The notes under the pieces were generated by a model. It was not told the DNA's origin. It ran no database searches and was given only the letters and a program-made list of their open reading frames with translations. A DNA stretch of 64,000 bases from Candidatus Aenigmatarchaeota archaeon (GTDB lineage: Archaea; Aenigmatarchaeota; Aenigmatarchaeia; Aenigmatarchaeales; Aenigmatarchaeaceae): NCBI GenBank assembly GCA_043814985.1, contig JBDRJK010000019.1, forward strand, positions 64,001 through 128,000. Direction: 5' to 3'. Both the position numbers and the translations under genes were made by a program. This document shows, in pieces, positions 1-9,371 of this stretch (positions are counted from its first letter, which is position 1; every line of letters begins with the position of its first letter).

Positions 1-216
1 GTCAAGTGCGGTTATTGCGGGAGAATGGTTCCCAGATGGAAGACCTTTACAAAATTCAGGGGTTTTAGGATTTCAGACCCGATTTTGAGAAGACAGGTCC
101 CAAGTTATAGAATACACACGTTCCAGCAGAAGATGTATGTCTGCCCGAGCTGTGCCAGGAGAAGAAAAATTGTTAAACCAGGCAAAAGCGTCAGGAAAAA
201 ACATCTCAAGGTTTAA
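1..216 (+). CDS. rps26e: 30S ribosomal protein S26e (5' end outside the window)
   Basis: Frame is open from base 1: VKCGYCGRMVPRWK...MYVCPSCARRRKIV. This is the two-CxxC pattern of eS26, and the protein is very basic. Confidence 0.8.
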   Translation, partial: VKCGYCGRMVPRWKTFTKFRGFRISDPILRRQVPSYRIHTFQQKMYVCPSCARRRKIVKPGKSVRKKHLKV

Positions 217-248
217 AAGCTTCAATTTCTATATAATAAAGTGATTTT

Positions 249-578
249 ATGAACGTAATTGAATCAAAGCCAGTGGGAATGCCAGAAGCAAAGGAAATTA
301 TGACTAGTCAGGAGAAGGACAAGGAAATGACATACGAGCAGAAGCTGGCAATGGAACATCTAAAGAAGTTTACCAAACTAAAAGCTGCTGAGGCCAAGAA
401 AATGTTGGAAGAGCTATCAGCAGTTCTGAGAATGTCTGAGGAGACCAAAATCCAAATTATAAATCTCTTGCCAAAGAAGCCAGAGGAGCTGAGAATGATA
501 TTCACAAGAGAGAACTTCAGCTTGAAGGACGATGAAATCAAGAAAATACTAGAGATAGTTAAAAAATACCATAAGTGA
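249..578 (+). CDS. rpo4: RNA polymerase subunit Rpo4 (F)
   Basis: EMTYEQKLAMEHLKKF...IINLLPKKPEELRMIF; directly upstream of DUF655 as in most archaea. Confidence 0.9.
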   Translation: MNVIESKPVGMPEAKEIMTSQEKDKEMTYEQKLAMEHLKKFTKLKAAEAKKMLEELSAVLRMSEETKIQIINLLPKKPEELRMIFTRENFSLKDDEIKKILEIVKKYHK

Positions 579-1144
579 TGCTTATGCCTTTTCTAAGAGA
601 CGAAAATGTGATAGTATTAGATTTCCTTCCAAGGGGCCATGCAGCTGGAAGACAGGAGTCTTTGGCACAGGTAATAGGCAACAAATACTTCTCATTGTTG
701 GAGGTTGTTGTGAGAAAGGATGTTTCCTTTAAGTCAGGAGACATTGCCTACATAGGCGAATCGAAAAGGGACCAGATAGATCACATCAAAAGAAGGATAA
801 CCATCAGGGACCTGACAACCTTTGCCAAGTCCGAACTGCCCTTTGTTGTTGAAAAACTGGTTAAAGAGAACGAGGAGAAGTTTGTCAACTTCTTTAACAC
901 TTCTAGACCAATCTCGACCAGATTGAATCAGTTAGAGCTCTTGCCGGGAGTCGGGAAAAAGCACATGTGGGACATAATCAAGGAGAGGAAGAAGGGAGAG
1001 TTCAAGAGCTTCAAGGACCTTTCAGAGAGGATAAAGCTCATGCCAGATCCTGCCAACATAGTCATCAAGAGAATAATGGAAGAGCTGGAAAATGACAATG
1101 TCAGATACAGGCTGTTTGTAGCAGGTCCTGTCAGGAGATATTGA
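578..1144 (+). CDS. DUF655 family RNA-binding protein
   Basis: VLDFLPRGH...QVIGNKYFSLLE, and helix-hairpin-helix LELLPGVGKKHMWDIIKER. Confidence 0.9.
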   Translation: MLMPFLRDENVIVLDFLPRGHAAGRQESLAQVIGNKYFSLLEVVVRKDVSFKSGDIAYIGESKRDQIDHIKRRITIRDLTTFAKSELPFVVEKLVKENEEKFVNFFNTSRPISTRLNQLELLPGVGKKHMWDIIKERKKGEFKSFKDLSERIKLMPDPANIVIKRIMEELENDNVRYRLFVAGPVRRY

Positions 1145-1437
1145 TGGATGTAATGGGAAAATTGCAGCAACTTCTTCTAAAAATTCCCAGAGGCAAAGTA
1201 ACAACTTACAAGGAAATAGCTAGAGCGCTTGGTATCCATTCTAGGGCTGCCGGAAGATTGCTTGGAAGTAATCCTGACAGCAAGAAATACCCATGTTATA
1301 AGGTTGTTTATGCTGATGGAAGATTGGGAGGATACACTAGTTCTACAGGTTTAAAGGAAAAGGTAAAAAGACTTAAAAAAGATGGGATAGAAGTAAAGAA
1401 TGGAAGGATTGCCAAAAAGTCGTTCTTTTATTTTTAA
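1144..1437 (+). CDS. MGMT family (O6-methylguanine-DNA methyltransferase C-terminal domain) protein
   Basis: IPRGKVTTYKEIA...RAAG...NP...PCYKVV, a variant of PCHRV with the Cys retained. Confidence 0.85.
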   Translation: MDVMGKLQQLLLKIPRGKVTTYKEIARALGIHSRAAGRLLGSNPDSKKYPCYKVVYADGRLGGYTSSTGLKEKVKRLKKDGIEVKNGRIAKKSFFYF

Positions 1438-1517
1438 GCTGTTTTTACTACTGGATGATAGTTTTATATATCACCTGAGCTTAATTATTATTACGGTTAA
1501 GTGATAAAGGTGTATAT

Positions 1518-1715
1518 GTGTTTCAATTTCCAAAAGGTGACTTTGTGTTTAGAAAACTCAAACCAAAAAGACCCGTTGTGATAAGGAACTGCAATACTGT
1601 AAAAGTTTGCTATTATCATAAGGGAACTAAGACATGCTTGGGTCCTTTGTGCTACTGGCTCAGGATTGGCAGATGTCCTATTCATGATAGGATAATAATC
1701 AAAAGAGGCAAGTAA
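1518..1715 (+). CDS. small basic Cys-containing hypothetical protein
   Basis: 65-aa ORF filling the intergenic space, with 5 Cys; no family recognised. Confidence 0.4.
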   Translation: MFQFPKGDFVFRKLKPKRPVVIRNCNTVKVCYYHKGTKTCLGPLCYWLRIGRCPIHDRIIIKRGK

Positions 1716-1725
1716 TAAGGGTTTT

Positions 1726-2835
1726 TTAAGAAGAAATCAGAATCTTCAATGTTTTGAAATCAGCATCAGTCTTTATGGCAGTTGGACAGAAATGAGTTCT
1801 TGACACCTTGAAGCCTTTTTTCTCAAGTTTTTTGAATAAATAATCCATTCTAGGTATCTTTGTTTTAAGGACCTTTGCCAGATAATGTAAATCATAGTAA
1901 AAGGCAGACATGTCAGCCTCATCTATTAATAGATTCAGGAGTTTCTCCTCTTGTTTCTCCAAATTGAAGTCCCTTTTTCTCAAGTCAGCAAGCACCTTCT
2001 TGCAGAACTTCCCATCTAGGATGCTTCCCAAGTATAAAGGACCAACTATCTTGAATTTTTCACCGCAAAAACACTTTTCCTTCAATTCTCCTTGCTCCCT
2101 ATTGCCGCAGGAGCAGTCCATGACATAACCGAATTCCTTGAGTATGTCTTTCATTTTGCCCAGATGCTCTATTTTTCCATAAACTCTGAAATAGTGCTTT
2201 GTGGAGTGCATTAGTAATGGAACAAAGACCCTCTCTCTTTTTGACAGGGTCAGCATTATGTTGGTTATCAGTATCCTCATTCCCAGTTCTGGATAGTAAT
2301 CTGTCTTCAAGGAACGGATTCCGTACTTTCTAAGGCATGTTAGAGGATAGGTTCCACATAGGGGAGCCTGATCAGTTGCAGTTACACAGAGAAAGCCTCT
2401 GTGGTATATTGACCTTGCAGCAGAATCAAGATAAGGTACGGGAGTTCCAAAGGGATCCAAATCAATGACATTAAAGATGTTCTGATGAAAAAGAATATTC
2501 GCGTCTCCCTTGCTGGCCTTGCATTTCCTTGATAGCTTGTTCTCCTTTATGTTCTTTTTAATTAGTTTCACAGCAACAGGGTTCTTGTCATTCAGGAAAA
2601 CCTTTTCTATTCCCTTGATTTCCTTGGCATACCTTAACCCTCTTATACCAGTTCCTGCTAGGGCATCGCATATGGTTATCTTGTCCTCGAACTGCTCTTG
2701 GAAGGCATGTATTGCTGATATTGAGATGTCCCTCAGCAGCTCTGCCTCTGGGTTATAGAATACAGGCACATCGTAAATTCTCCCCTCAGGAACCCAGAAC
2801 TTTACTTTTCCTTCTTGGACTTTCTTCAGTTTCAT
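1726..2835 (-). CDS. trm1: tRNA (guanine26-N2)-dimethyltransferase Trm1
   Basis: PVFYNP...RDISI, DALAGTGIRGLRY, IDLDPFGTP, VTATD, SRTHFCPTAIKTDA. Confidence 0.95.
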   Translation of the reverse strand: MKLKKVQEGKVKFWVPEGRIYDVPVFYNPEAELLRDISISAIHAFQEQFEDKITICDALAGTGIRGLRYAKEIKGIEKVFLNDKNPVAVKLIKKNIKENKLSRKCKASKGDANILFHQNIFNVIDLDPFGTPVPYLDSAARSIYHRGFLCVTATDQAPLCGTYPLTCLRKYGIRSLKTDYYPELGMRILITNIMLTLSKRERVFVPLLMHSTKHYFRVYGKIEHLGKMKDILKEFGYVMDCSCGNREQGELKEKCFCGEKFKIVGPLYLGSILDGKFCKKVLADLRKRDFNLEKQEEKLLNLLIDEADMSAFYYDLHYLAKVLKTKIPRMDYLFKKLEKKGFKVSRTHFCPTAIKTDADFKTLKILISS

Positions 2836-2863
2836 AAAGAGAATTATGCCTTATCACTATTAA

Positions 2864-2882
2864 TTACCACTGCCAGTGGTAA
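2864..2882. promoter_or_regulatory. perfect inverted repeat TTACCACT-gcc-AGTGGTAA, possible operator
   Basis: 8-bp arms with a 3-nt spacer, in the divergent trm1/GGPP synthase intergenic region. Confidence 0.35.
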
Positions 2883-3007
2883 AGGCTGTATTTATCATTT
2901 TTGGCTAAAGCTTTGAATAGTAATTTCATGAATTGTCGAATGTGCAAAAAAGATTTATAAGCATTAATTGACTACTAAGAATAAGTTGATTATCGAGGAG
3001 CTAAAAA

Positions 3008-4084
3008 ATGCCTGAAATTGACATCAAAAAATTCTTGCTGGAGAAAAAGCCCACTATTGATAAAGTGGTTGAGAAGTGGATTCCCAAAAAATTTGACATG
3101 AATTTCATGGATTTTGTTTTTGGTAAAACAAGATACCAGTATAATGTTGATGTTGTTAACAAGACTATTACCGAGCCCATTTGGGAGTTTTTGGAAAGGG
3201 GAGGAAAGAGATGGAGACCATCTTTGTTCCTTCTAGTTGTGGAGGCTTTGGGTGGTGACAAGGAAAAGGTCTTTGACTTTGTTGTGATACCAGAAATAAT
3301 TCATAATGGGACTCTTTTTGTTGATGATATTGAGGACAGGAGCGAGTTGAGAAGAGGCAAGCCATGCATGCATTTGATGTACGGTATGGATGTGGCAATC
3401 AACACTGGCAACACTATGTATTATTTGCCTCTTTTGCCTCTGATCAAGCACAGAAAGGATTTTGATTCAAACATACTTCTTAATGTTTACGAGACTTATG
3501 TCCAGGAAATGATAAACCTGGGTCTTGGGCAGGCCATGGACATAGCTTGGCATAATGGCATATGCAATGCGGACAATCTCTCTGAGAAGGAATACTTACA
3601 GATGTGCGCTTTCAAGACAGGGACTTTGGCTAGGATGTCCGCCAAGATTGCTGCAATACTTTCAGGAGCTGATGACAAGCTTGTGGAAAATTTAGGCAAT
3701 TATGCTGAGACAATCGGTATAGCGTTCCAAATACAGGACGATGTACTGAACTTGGTTGAGGGAGAGTTCACGGAGAATAAGGGGCTTGGTGAAGATATAA
3801 CAGAGGGGAAGAGGAGCCTTTTGGTGATAAACACTTTAAACAAGGCAAGTCAAGAGGACAGGAAAAGACTTCTAGAGATTCTTGGCATGCATACTAATGT
3901 TCAGAAACTAAGGAATGAGGCAATATCCATAATCAAGAAATACGGTTCAATTGAGTATGCAAAGGAGAAGGCAAAAAAAATGATTATGGAGGCTTGGGAA
4001 GGCGTTGACAAACTTATTCCAGACTCGGATGCTAAGTTAAAGTTAAAGGCCTTTACTGATTACTTGGTTGATAGAAAAATATAA
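3008..4084 (+). CDS. idsA: polyprenyl (geranylgeranyl) diphosphate synthase
   Basis: GGKRWRP, first Asp-rich motif VDDIEDRSELRRG, KTG, second motif FQIQDD, EDITEGK. Confidence 0.93.
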   Translation: MPEIDIKKFLLEKKPTIDKVVEKWIPKKFDMNFMDFVFGKTRYQYNVDVVNKTITEPIWEFLERGGKRWRPSLFLLVVEALGGDKEKVFDFVVIPEIIHNGTLFVDDIEDRSELRRGKPCMHLMYGMDVAINTGNTMYYLPLLPLIKHRKDFDSNILLNVYETYVQEMINLGLGQAMDIAWHNGICNADNLSEKEYLQMCAFKTGTLARMSAKIAAILSGADDKLVENLGNYAETIGIAFQIQDDVLNLVEGEFTENKGLGEDITEGKRSLLVINTLNKASQEDRKRLLEILGMHTNVQKLRNEAISIIKKYGSIEYAKEKAKKMIMEAWEGVDKLIPDSDAKLKLKAFTDYLVDRKI

Positions 4085-4095
4085 GGAGGAATAAT

Positions 4096-4248
4096 ATGGA
4101 GAATGACAATCTAAAAATGGTTTTAATAGATGCATCTGATGGACAGTGGGTAACTGTACCTAAACCAATTTACGAGACAGTAATAGAGGATAAGGGTTTC
4201 CTTGAAGGAAGACTTTATCTGTTAAGAAAAGAACATCCTAGTTTATAA
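4096..4248 (+). CDS. 50-aa hypothetical protein (not in ORF track)
   Basis: MENDNLKMVLIDASDGQWVTVPKPIYE...EHPSL*, preceded by a strong RBS AAGGAGG. Confidence 0.5.
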   Translation: MENDNLKMVLIDASDGQWVTVPKPIYETVIEDKGFLEGRLYLLRKEHPSL

Positions 4249-4380
4249 TTAGCACCACCAAGGGTAGTAAATAAAATACATATTCCCTTAAATTGAATAC
4301 TACATGTTATGTTCCAAAAAATATCAGGAAACGTTTTAACTCCTGAAAAAATCAAAATTTTATTGAAGCTTAATAATATC

Positions 4381-4617
4381 ATGATAAAGTTTTCCCCCTT
4401 CGAGGACCATACAGAGTTCGGCAGAAAGATTGAGGGTGAATTGAAAAAGAGATTCGGTACACATGGTTTGGAGTATGATTCAGAAAGTAACAAGTTTAGA
4501 GTCGAGGAAGGGAAAATCAGATGCATAACTCACGACTGTGGGAGCACCTGTTGCAGCGGTCTAGGAGATATTTTTTATGTTAGTGGAGAAGAACTTCAAG
4601 AGATTGCGAAAAACTAA
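4381..4617 (+). CDS. hypothetical protein with C-x3-C-x3-CC cluster
   Basis: ORF overlaps the mevalonate kinase start; start is uncertain (4309 or 4381). Confidence 0.4.
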   Translation: MIKFSPFEDHTEFGRKIEGELKKRFGTHGLEYDSESNKFRVEEGKIRCITHDCGSTCCSGLGDIFYVSGEELQEIAKN

Positions 4618-5626
4618 GGCTTCTGCTCCAGGCAAGGTTATATTGTTCGGCGAACATGCTGTTGTCTATGATAAGCTAGGAATTGCCGCTTCTGTTGATT
4701 TGAATTGTCTTATTGAGGTTAGTACTAATAACGAGAATAAGGTTACCTATGAGATAAAGAAAATAGGAATGAAGAAGTCCATGACAAAGGAAGAGCTTTT
4801 CAATCTTTATGAAACTGTTGAAAGGCTCAAAAGAGAGGAAAGATTTGACGAAATAAAAGAACTTCAAAAAAATGAAAAGCTAAACGCAGCCCTTTTCCTA
4901 ATTTCTTCACTAATGAAGAAATACGGGTTTGTACCTATTGATGTGGTTGGTGATTCAGGCGTTACCAAGAACCTAGGTTCCAGTTCCTCAGCCTTTTCCG
5001 CGACTGCTATGGCAGTTTCAAAGTTTCTGGGAAAAGATATCTCTAAAGAGGATATTTGTGATATGGCTTACCAGGGAGATGTGGTTGCTCATGGTGGCAC
5101 GCCGTCGGGCATTGACAACTCCATTGTTACTTACGGTGGTTATATCCAATACAGGAAATCAAAGGGAATAAAACCTCTTGACATTAAGTTCAAGCTTCCT
5201 ATAATTTTTGTGGACAGCGGTCAACCGTCCAGAACAGGTGAGACTGTTCCTTACATCAGGGACCAGAGAAATAAGAACAAGGAATTCGTTGACCAAGTTT
5301 TGGATAAGCTAGACAAAATCTCTATCCAAGCCTTGGACGCTCTGAAAGAAAATAAATTGGAATTGATAGGCAAGTTAATGCTGGAATATTATTCGGAATT
5401 GAAAAAGCTCAACATATCAACAGAAAAACTGGATGAGATAGTTGAGATCGCTATCAAGAACGGAGCATTAGGAGCAAAACCAACAGGAGGATGGGGTGGA
5501 GGTTGCTGTCTGGTTCTTGCAAAGGATCAGGAACATGCAGATGAATTGGTAAAGATTTACGAAGAGAACGGTTTTAATTCTTTCCAGACCAAAATAGGCG
5601 TAGAGGGTGTCAGGGAGATAAAATGA
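4577..5626 (+). CDS. mvk: mevalonate kinase
   Basis: ASAPGKVILFGEHAVVY, GHMP motif LGSSSS, HGGTPSGID, AKPTGGWGGGC. Confidence 0.92.
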   Translation: MLVEKNFKRLRKTKASAPGKVILFGEHAVVYDKLGIAASVDLNCLIEVSTNNENKVTYEIKKIGMKKSMTKEELFNLYETVERLKREERFDEIKELQKNEKLNAALFLISSLMKKYGFVPIDVVGDSGVTKNLGSSSSAFSATAMAVSKFLGKDISKEDICDMAYQGDVVAHGGTPSGIDNSIVTYGGYIQYRKSKGIKPLDIKFKLPIIFVDSGQPSRTGETVPYIRDQRNKNKEFVDQVLDKLDKISIQALDALKENKLELIGKLMLEYYSELKKLNISTEKLDEIVEIAIKNGALGAKPTGGWGGGCCLVLAKDQEHADELVKIYEENGFNSFQTKIGVEGVREIK

Positions 5627-6153
5627 GAATAGCAGTTGCAATTACAGGTGCTTCTGGCAGTGTTGTTGGTTTGAGATTAATAGAAGAACTAAAGAAGAAA
5701 GTTGAAGTTACAACAATAATATCAGATGCAGGTGAGAAAGTACTGAAAGAAGAGACAGGAACTAAAATGAAAGCCGACTATGAGGAAGATGATATAGAGT
5801 CTCCCTTGGCGAGTAGCTCGAACATCGTAGATGCTTTCATAATATGTCCTTGCTCTGTGAAGACCCTGTCTGCAGTTGCCAATGGTTATACTAACAACCT
5901 TATTATCCGTTTGGCTGATATACAACTGAAGATGAGAAGGAAGTTGATATTGTGCATTAGGGAGACTCCCTTCAATCTCATGCACATAGAGAATATGAGA
6001 AAGGTTACCTTGGCCGGTGGAATCATAATGCCTTTGAACATCGCATATTATTCCAAGCCTAAAACCTTGGATGACGTTAATGATTTTTTTGTGGGCAAAG
6101 CTTTAGATTTAATTGGAATTGAAAACAAATTGTATAAGAGGTGGAAAGAATGA
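5623..6153 (+). CDS. ubiX: flavin prenyltransferase UbiX
   Basis: AITGASG, PCSVKTLSAVANGYTNNLIIR, RETP. Confidence 0.95.
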   Translation: MRIAVAITGASGSVVGLRLIEELKKKVEVTTIISDAGEKVLKEETGTKMKADYEEDDIESPLASSSNIVDAFIICPCSVKTLSAVANGYTNNLIIRLADIQLKMRRKLILCIRETPFNLMHIENMRKVTLAGGIIMPLNIAYYSKPKTLDDVNDFFVGKALDLIGIENKLYKRWKE

Positions 6154-7400
6154 GTTTTAGAGGATTCATAAAAAAACTTGAAAATAACAATATGATTAAA
6201 AAAATCGAAGATGAGATTGATTTGAACTTGGGTCTTACCGGTTTTTTGAAAAATAAAACCCAGAGTTATGTTTTTGAAAACATAAGAGACTTTCCTAATT
6301 TTAAGATAGCCGCAAACCTTGTGACAGACAGAAAACATTTGGGCTTATCCTTTGATTGTAGTGAACAGGAAGTTGTAAAGAAGGTAGCCGATGCTATTAG
6401 AAATCCCGGAAAGTTGAATGAGGTAGACGATGCGCCATTTTTTGAGGTTGAAGCAAAACTATCAGACCTACCAATACCTAGATATTTGCCTACAGATGGG
6501 GGTCCTTACTTATCGTCTGCTATTGTCTTTTCAAAAGATAAAGAACTTGGAGACAATGTTTCTTTCCATCGAATGATGGTAAAGGACGGAAGGATAATAA
6601 TAAGGCTTGTTAAAAGACATACTTGGGAATTCTATGAGAGGTCAAATAGAAATTTGGACATAGCGATATGCATAGGTCTTGACCCTGCTATTTTAGAGGC
6701 CGCTGCTGTATGCACAGATATAAGTGTATTTGAATTGCCAATAGCAAGCGCAATAATCGGAAAACCAATTGATGTTGTTAAATGTAGAACATGTGATTTG
6801 AAGGTTCCTGCTGAATCTGAGATAGTTATCGAGGCAACGATTACAGAGGAATGGGATGACGAGGGGCCCTTCTTGGATATTACACTTACTCCTGACATAG
6901 TCAGAAGCCAGCCAGTGGTAAAGGTCAAAAAGATATTCCATAGGAAAAATCCTATATTTCATGCTTTGCTTCCAGGCGGCTATGAACATGGAACAGTATG
7001 GAAAACGCCAACAGAGTCAGTCATGTTTAATGAAGTGAACAAAGTGTGTGCATGCAAGGATGTCTTTCTAAGCTTTGGGGGATGCTCCCGTTTGCATGGG
7101 ATGGTTCAGATAAAAAAGAAAAATAAGGAAGACGGACTAAGTGCTATAGAAGCTGCGTTCAAGGCGCATCCGAGCATGAAGCATGTGTTCATAGTTGATG
7201 AGGATATTGATATCTATGACATTAATGCAGTTGAATGGGCCCTTGCAACAAGATTCCAGGCAAAAACAGACTTGGTTATAAAACATGACTTAAAGGGTTC
7301 TACTCTGGATCCATCTTCTAGCAAGACGGGGAAGACATCCAAACTAGGGTTTGACTGTACAATAAAAGGTGACCCAAAGGAATTCAGAAAAGTATTTTGA
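6150..7400 (+). CDS. UbiD-family decarboxylase, probable anhydromevalonate-5-phosphate decarboxylase
   Basis: DGGPY, SFHRM, VPAESEIVIE, EGPFLDIT, VDEDIDI...VEWALATRFQ; lies in the mevalonate cluster. Confidence 0.9.
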   Translation: MSFRGFIKKLENNNMIKKIEDEIDLNLGLTGFLKNKTQSYVFENIRDFPNFKIAANLVTDRKHLGLSFDCSEQEVVKKVADAIRNPGKLNEVDDAPFFEVEAKLSDLPIPRYLPTDGGPYLSSAIVFSKDKELGDNVSFHRMMVKDGRIIIRLVKRHTWEFYERSNRNLDIAICIGLDPAILEAAAVCTDISVFELPIASAIIGKPIDVVKCRTCDLKVPAESEIVIEATITEEWDDEGPFLDITLTPDIVRSQPVVKVKKIFHRKNPIFHALLPGGYEHGTVWKTPTESVMFNEVNKVCACKDVFLSFGGCSRLHGMVQIKKKNKEDGLSAIEAAFKAHPSMKHVFIVDEDIDIYDINAVEWALATRFQAKTDLVIKHDLKGSTLDPSSSKTGKTSKLGFDCTIKGDPKEFRKVF

Positions 7401-7430
7401 TGAACTCCATATACAAAAATCGTCAATAAA

Positions 7431-7754
7431 ATGATTGTAATGATTGCTGGTAGGGGAAAATATAAAGTTTGGCTAGAAAAGAAAAAGGTTGGCAAGGAGA
7501 CAGTTTTATTTTTGTTTGGTGGAGAAAAACCGCATGTAGGCTGTGTTATAATAGTTGAACCAAAGAGGAAAACTAAATTGATAAAATTTGATAACCATAA
7601 AGACTATATTGTTGCAAGACCTATTGCTGAAAAGTTTTGTAAAAAAACAAAGAGAAGAGTTGTTTGTGTTGCAGGAATCCATGTGGACAATGCGACAAAA
7701 GAAGAGATTAAGATTTTAGTTGACAACTGCAAAAAAATTGAGGAAAGGATATAG
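7431..7754 (+). CDS. LpdD-like (prenylated-flavin chaperone) protein
   Basis: GGEKPHVG...HKD..VA..IA...VVCVAGIHVDNATKEEI matches the LpdD/PAC-like pattern; directly follows ubiX-ubiD. Confidence 0.7.
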   Translation: MIVMIAGRGKYKVWLEKKKVGKETVLFLFGGEKPHVGCVIIVEPKRKTKLIKFDNHKDYIVARPIAEKFCKKTKRRVVCVAGIHVDNATKEEIKILVDNCKKIEERI

Positions 7755-8951
7755 ATGGAACTGACAAAAGAAGAGAGGGAAATGTTTGTTGGTGAAAGGG
7801 GAGAAGGCATACAAAAGGCAATGGAAATAATTGTTGCTTTAGGAAAGATATACAGTGCTGAAAGGCTCATAAGGGTTACAAGCGTTCAGGTTGCTGGTGT
7901 TAGCTACAAGAACCTGGGCGATGCTGGCATTGAATTTCTAGAGGATTGGGCAAGAAAGGGAGCAAAGATTTCTGTCAGAACTACATTAAATCCTGCAGGC
8001 ATGGACTTGGAGAACTGGAAGAGATTAGGTTTCAAGGAAGAGTTTGCAAAAAAGCAGCTCAAAGTAATAGAGGCTTTCAAGAAGATAGGCATATCTCCTG
8101 TCTGCACATGCACACCCTACCTGATAGGCAACCTGCCAAAGTTCGGGGAGCATATTGCATGGAGCGAGTCGTCTGCTGTTTCCTTTGCCAATTCTGTAAT
8201 AGGAGCTAGGACCAACAGGGAAGGAGGTCCCTCTGCACTGGCAGCTGCAATAACAGGAAGGACAGCCTGCTATGGTTTTCATTTGAAGGAGAACCGCAAG
8301 GCAGACTTTGTCTTTGATGTGAAGTGCAAGGTTGATGGCTTCTCAGACTTAGGAGCTTTGGGGAACATTATTGGAAAATCTGTGAAAAACAAGGTACCAT
8401 ACATAATAGGTGTGAAAGAAGAGAATCAGGACAACCTGAAAGTTTTGGGAGCCTCAATGGCTGCTAGCGGTGCTGTAGCATTATACCATATTGATAATGT
8501 TACTCCTGAAGCTAAGATAAGGGACATGAGAAAGGAAGAATTCCAGACCATAGTCATTGAATCCTTGGAAGAGGGCTACAAGTCTTTGAACTCTAACGAG
8601 AATGAGATAGACTTTGTTAGTATAGGATGCCCTCATGCTTCAGTTGATGAGATTAAGAAGATATCAGAACTTGTCATAGGAAAGAAACTCAAGGCAGAAC
8701 TGTGGGTCACAACCTCAAAACATGTCAAAAAGCTGGCAGACAAATATGTTAGGACAATAGAGCAAAGCGGCGGCAAGGTCCTAAGTGATACGTGTATGAT
8801 TGTTGCACCAGTTGAGGATTTTGGTTTCAAGAATCTTGCCACAAACTCTGGCAAGGCTGCGTTCTATGCGCCTTCTTATTCTAAACTCAATGTCAGGTTC
8901 GGCTCGCTTGAACAATGTATTAATGCAGCATTAACAGGTAGATGGGAATGA
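7755..8951 (+). CDS. phosphomevalonate dehydratase large subunit (aconitase X catalytic domain, DUF521)
   Basis: GVSYKNLGDAG, TTLNPAG, CTCTPY, AWSESSAVSFANSVIGARTNREGG, GCPH, DTC, TNSGKAAFY. Confidence 0.93.
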   Translation: MELTKEEREMFVGERGEGIQKAMEIIVALGKIYSAERLIRVTSVQVAGVSYKNLGDAGIEFLEDWARKGAKISVRTTLNPAGMDLENWKRLGFKEEFAKKQLKVIEAFKKIGISPVCTCTPYLIGNLPKFGEHIAWSESSAVSFANSVIGARTNREGGPSALAAAITGRTACYGFHLKENRKADFVFDVKCKVDGFSDLGALGNIIGKSVKNKVPYIIGVKEENQDNLKVLGASMAASGAVALYHIDNVTPEAKIRDMRKEEFQTIVIESLEEGYKSLNSNENEIDFVSIGCPHASVDEIKKISELVIGKKLKAELWVTTSKHVKKLADKYVRTIEQSGGKVLSDTCMIVAPVEDFGFKNLATNSGKAAFYAPSYSKLNVRFGSLEQCINAALTGRWE

Positions 8952-9325
8952 AGGGAAGAATAATAAAATTTGGAGATGTGGAAGGAGAGGCTATTGTCTC
9001 AAAAGAACCAATAAGCTTTTTTGGCGGCGTTGACCCGGATACTGGAATAGTTATTGAGAAAGGCCATTCTCTGGAAGGCAAAAACATCAAAGGAAAAATA
9101 CTGGTCTTTCCCACAGGAAAGGGTTCCACTGTCGGTTCCTATGTCTTGTACAGGTTAAAGAAGAGCAATGTCGCTCCCTTGGGTATAATAAACGAGGAGT
9201 GCGAGCCCATAGTTGCTGTCGGTGCAATAATATCTGACATACCATGTGTTGACAAGATTGACATAGGTAAGATAAATGATGGTGATATGGTCGTTATTGA
9301 GGGAGAGAAGGTTACCATCAAATGA
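8942..9325 (+). CDS. phosphomevalonate dehydratase small subunit (AcnX swivel domain, DUF126)
   Basis: ISFFGGVDPDTG...GKILVFPTGKGSTVGSY. Confidence 0.93.
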   Translation: MGMKGRIIKFGDVEGEAIVSKEPISFFGGVDPDTGIVIEKGHSLEGKNIKGKILVFPTGKGSTVGSYVLYRLKKSNVAPLGIINEECEPIVAVGAIISDIPCVDKIDIGKINDGDMVVIEGEKVTIK

Positions 9326-9371
9326 CGATGCCATTAAAAAGGTATTAAAAGATTTGGACATAAAGTGTATT

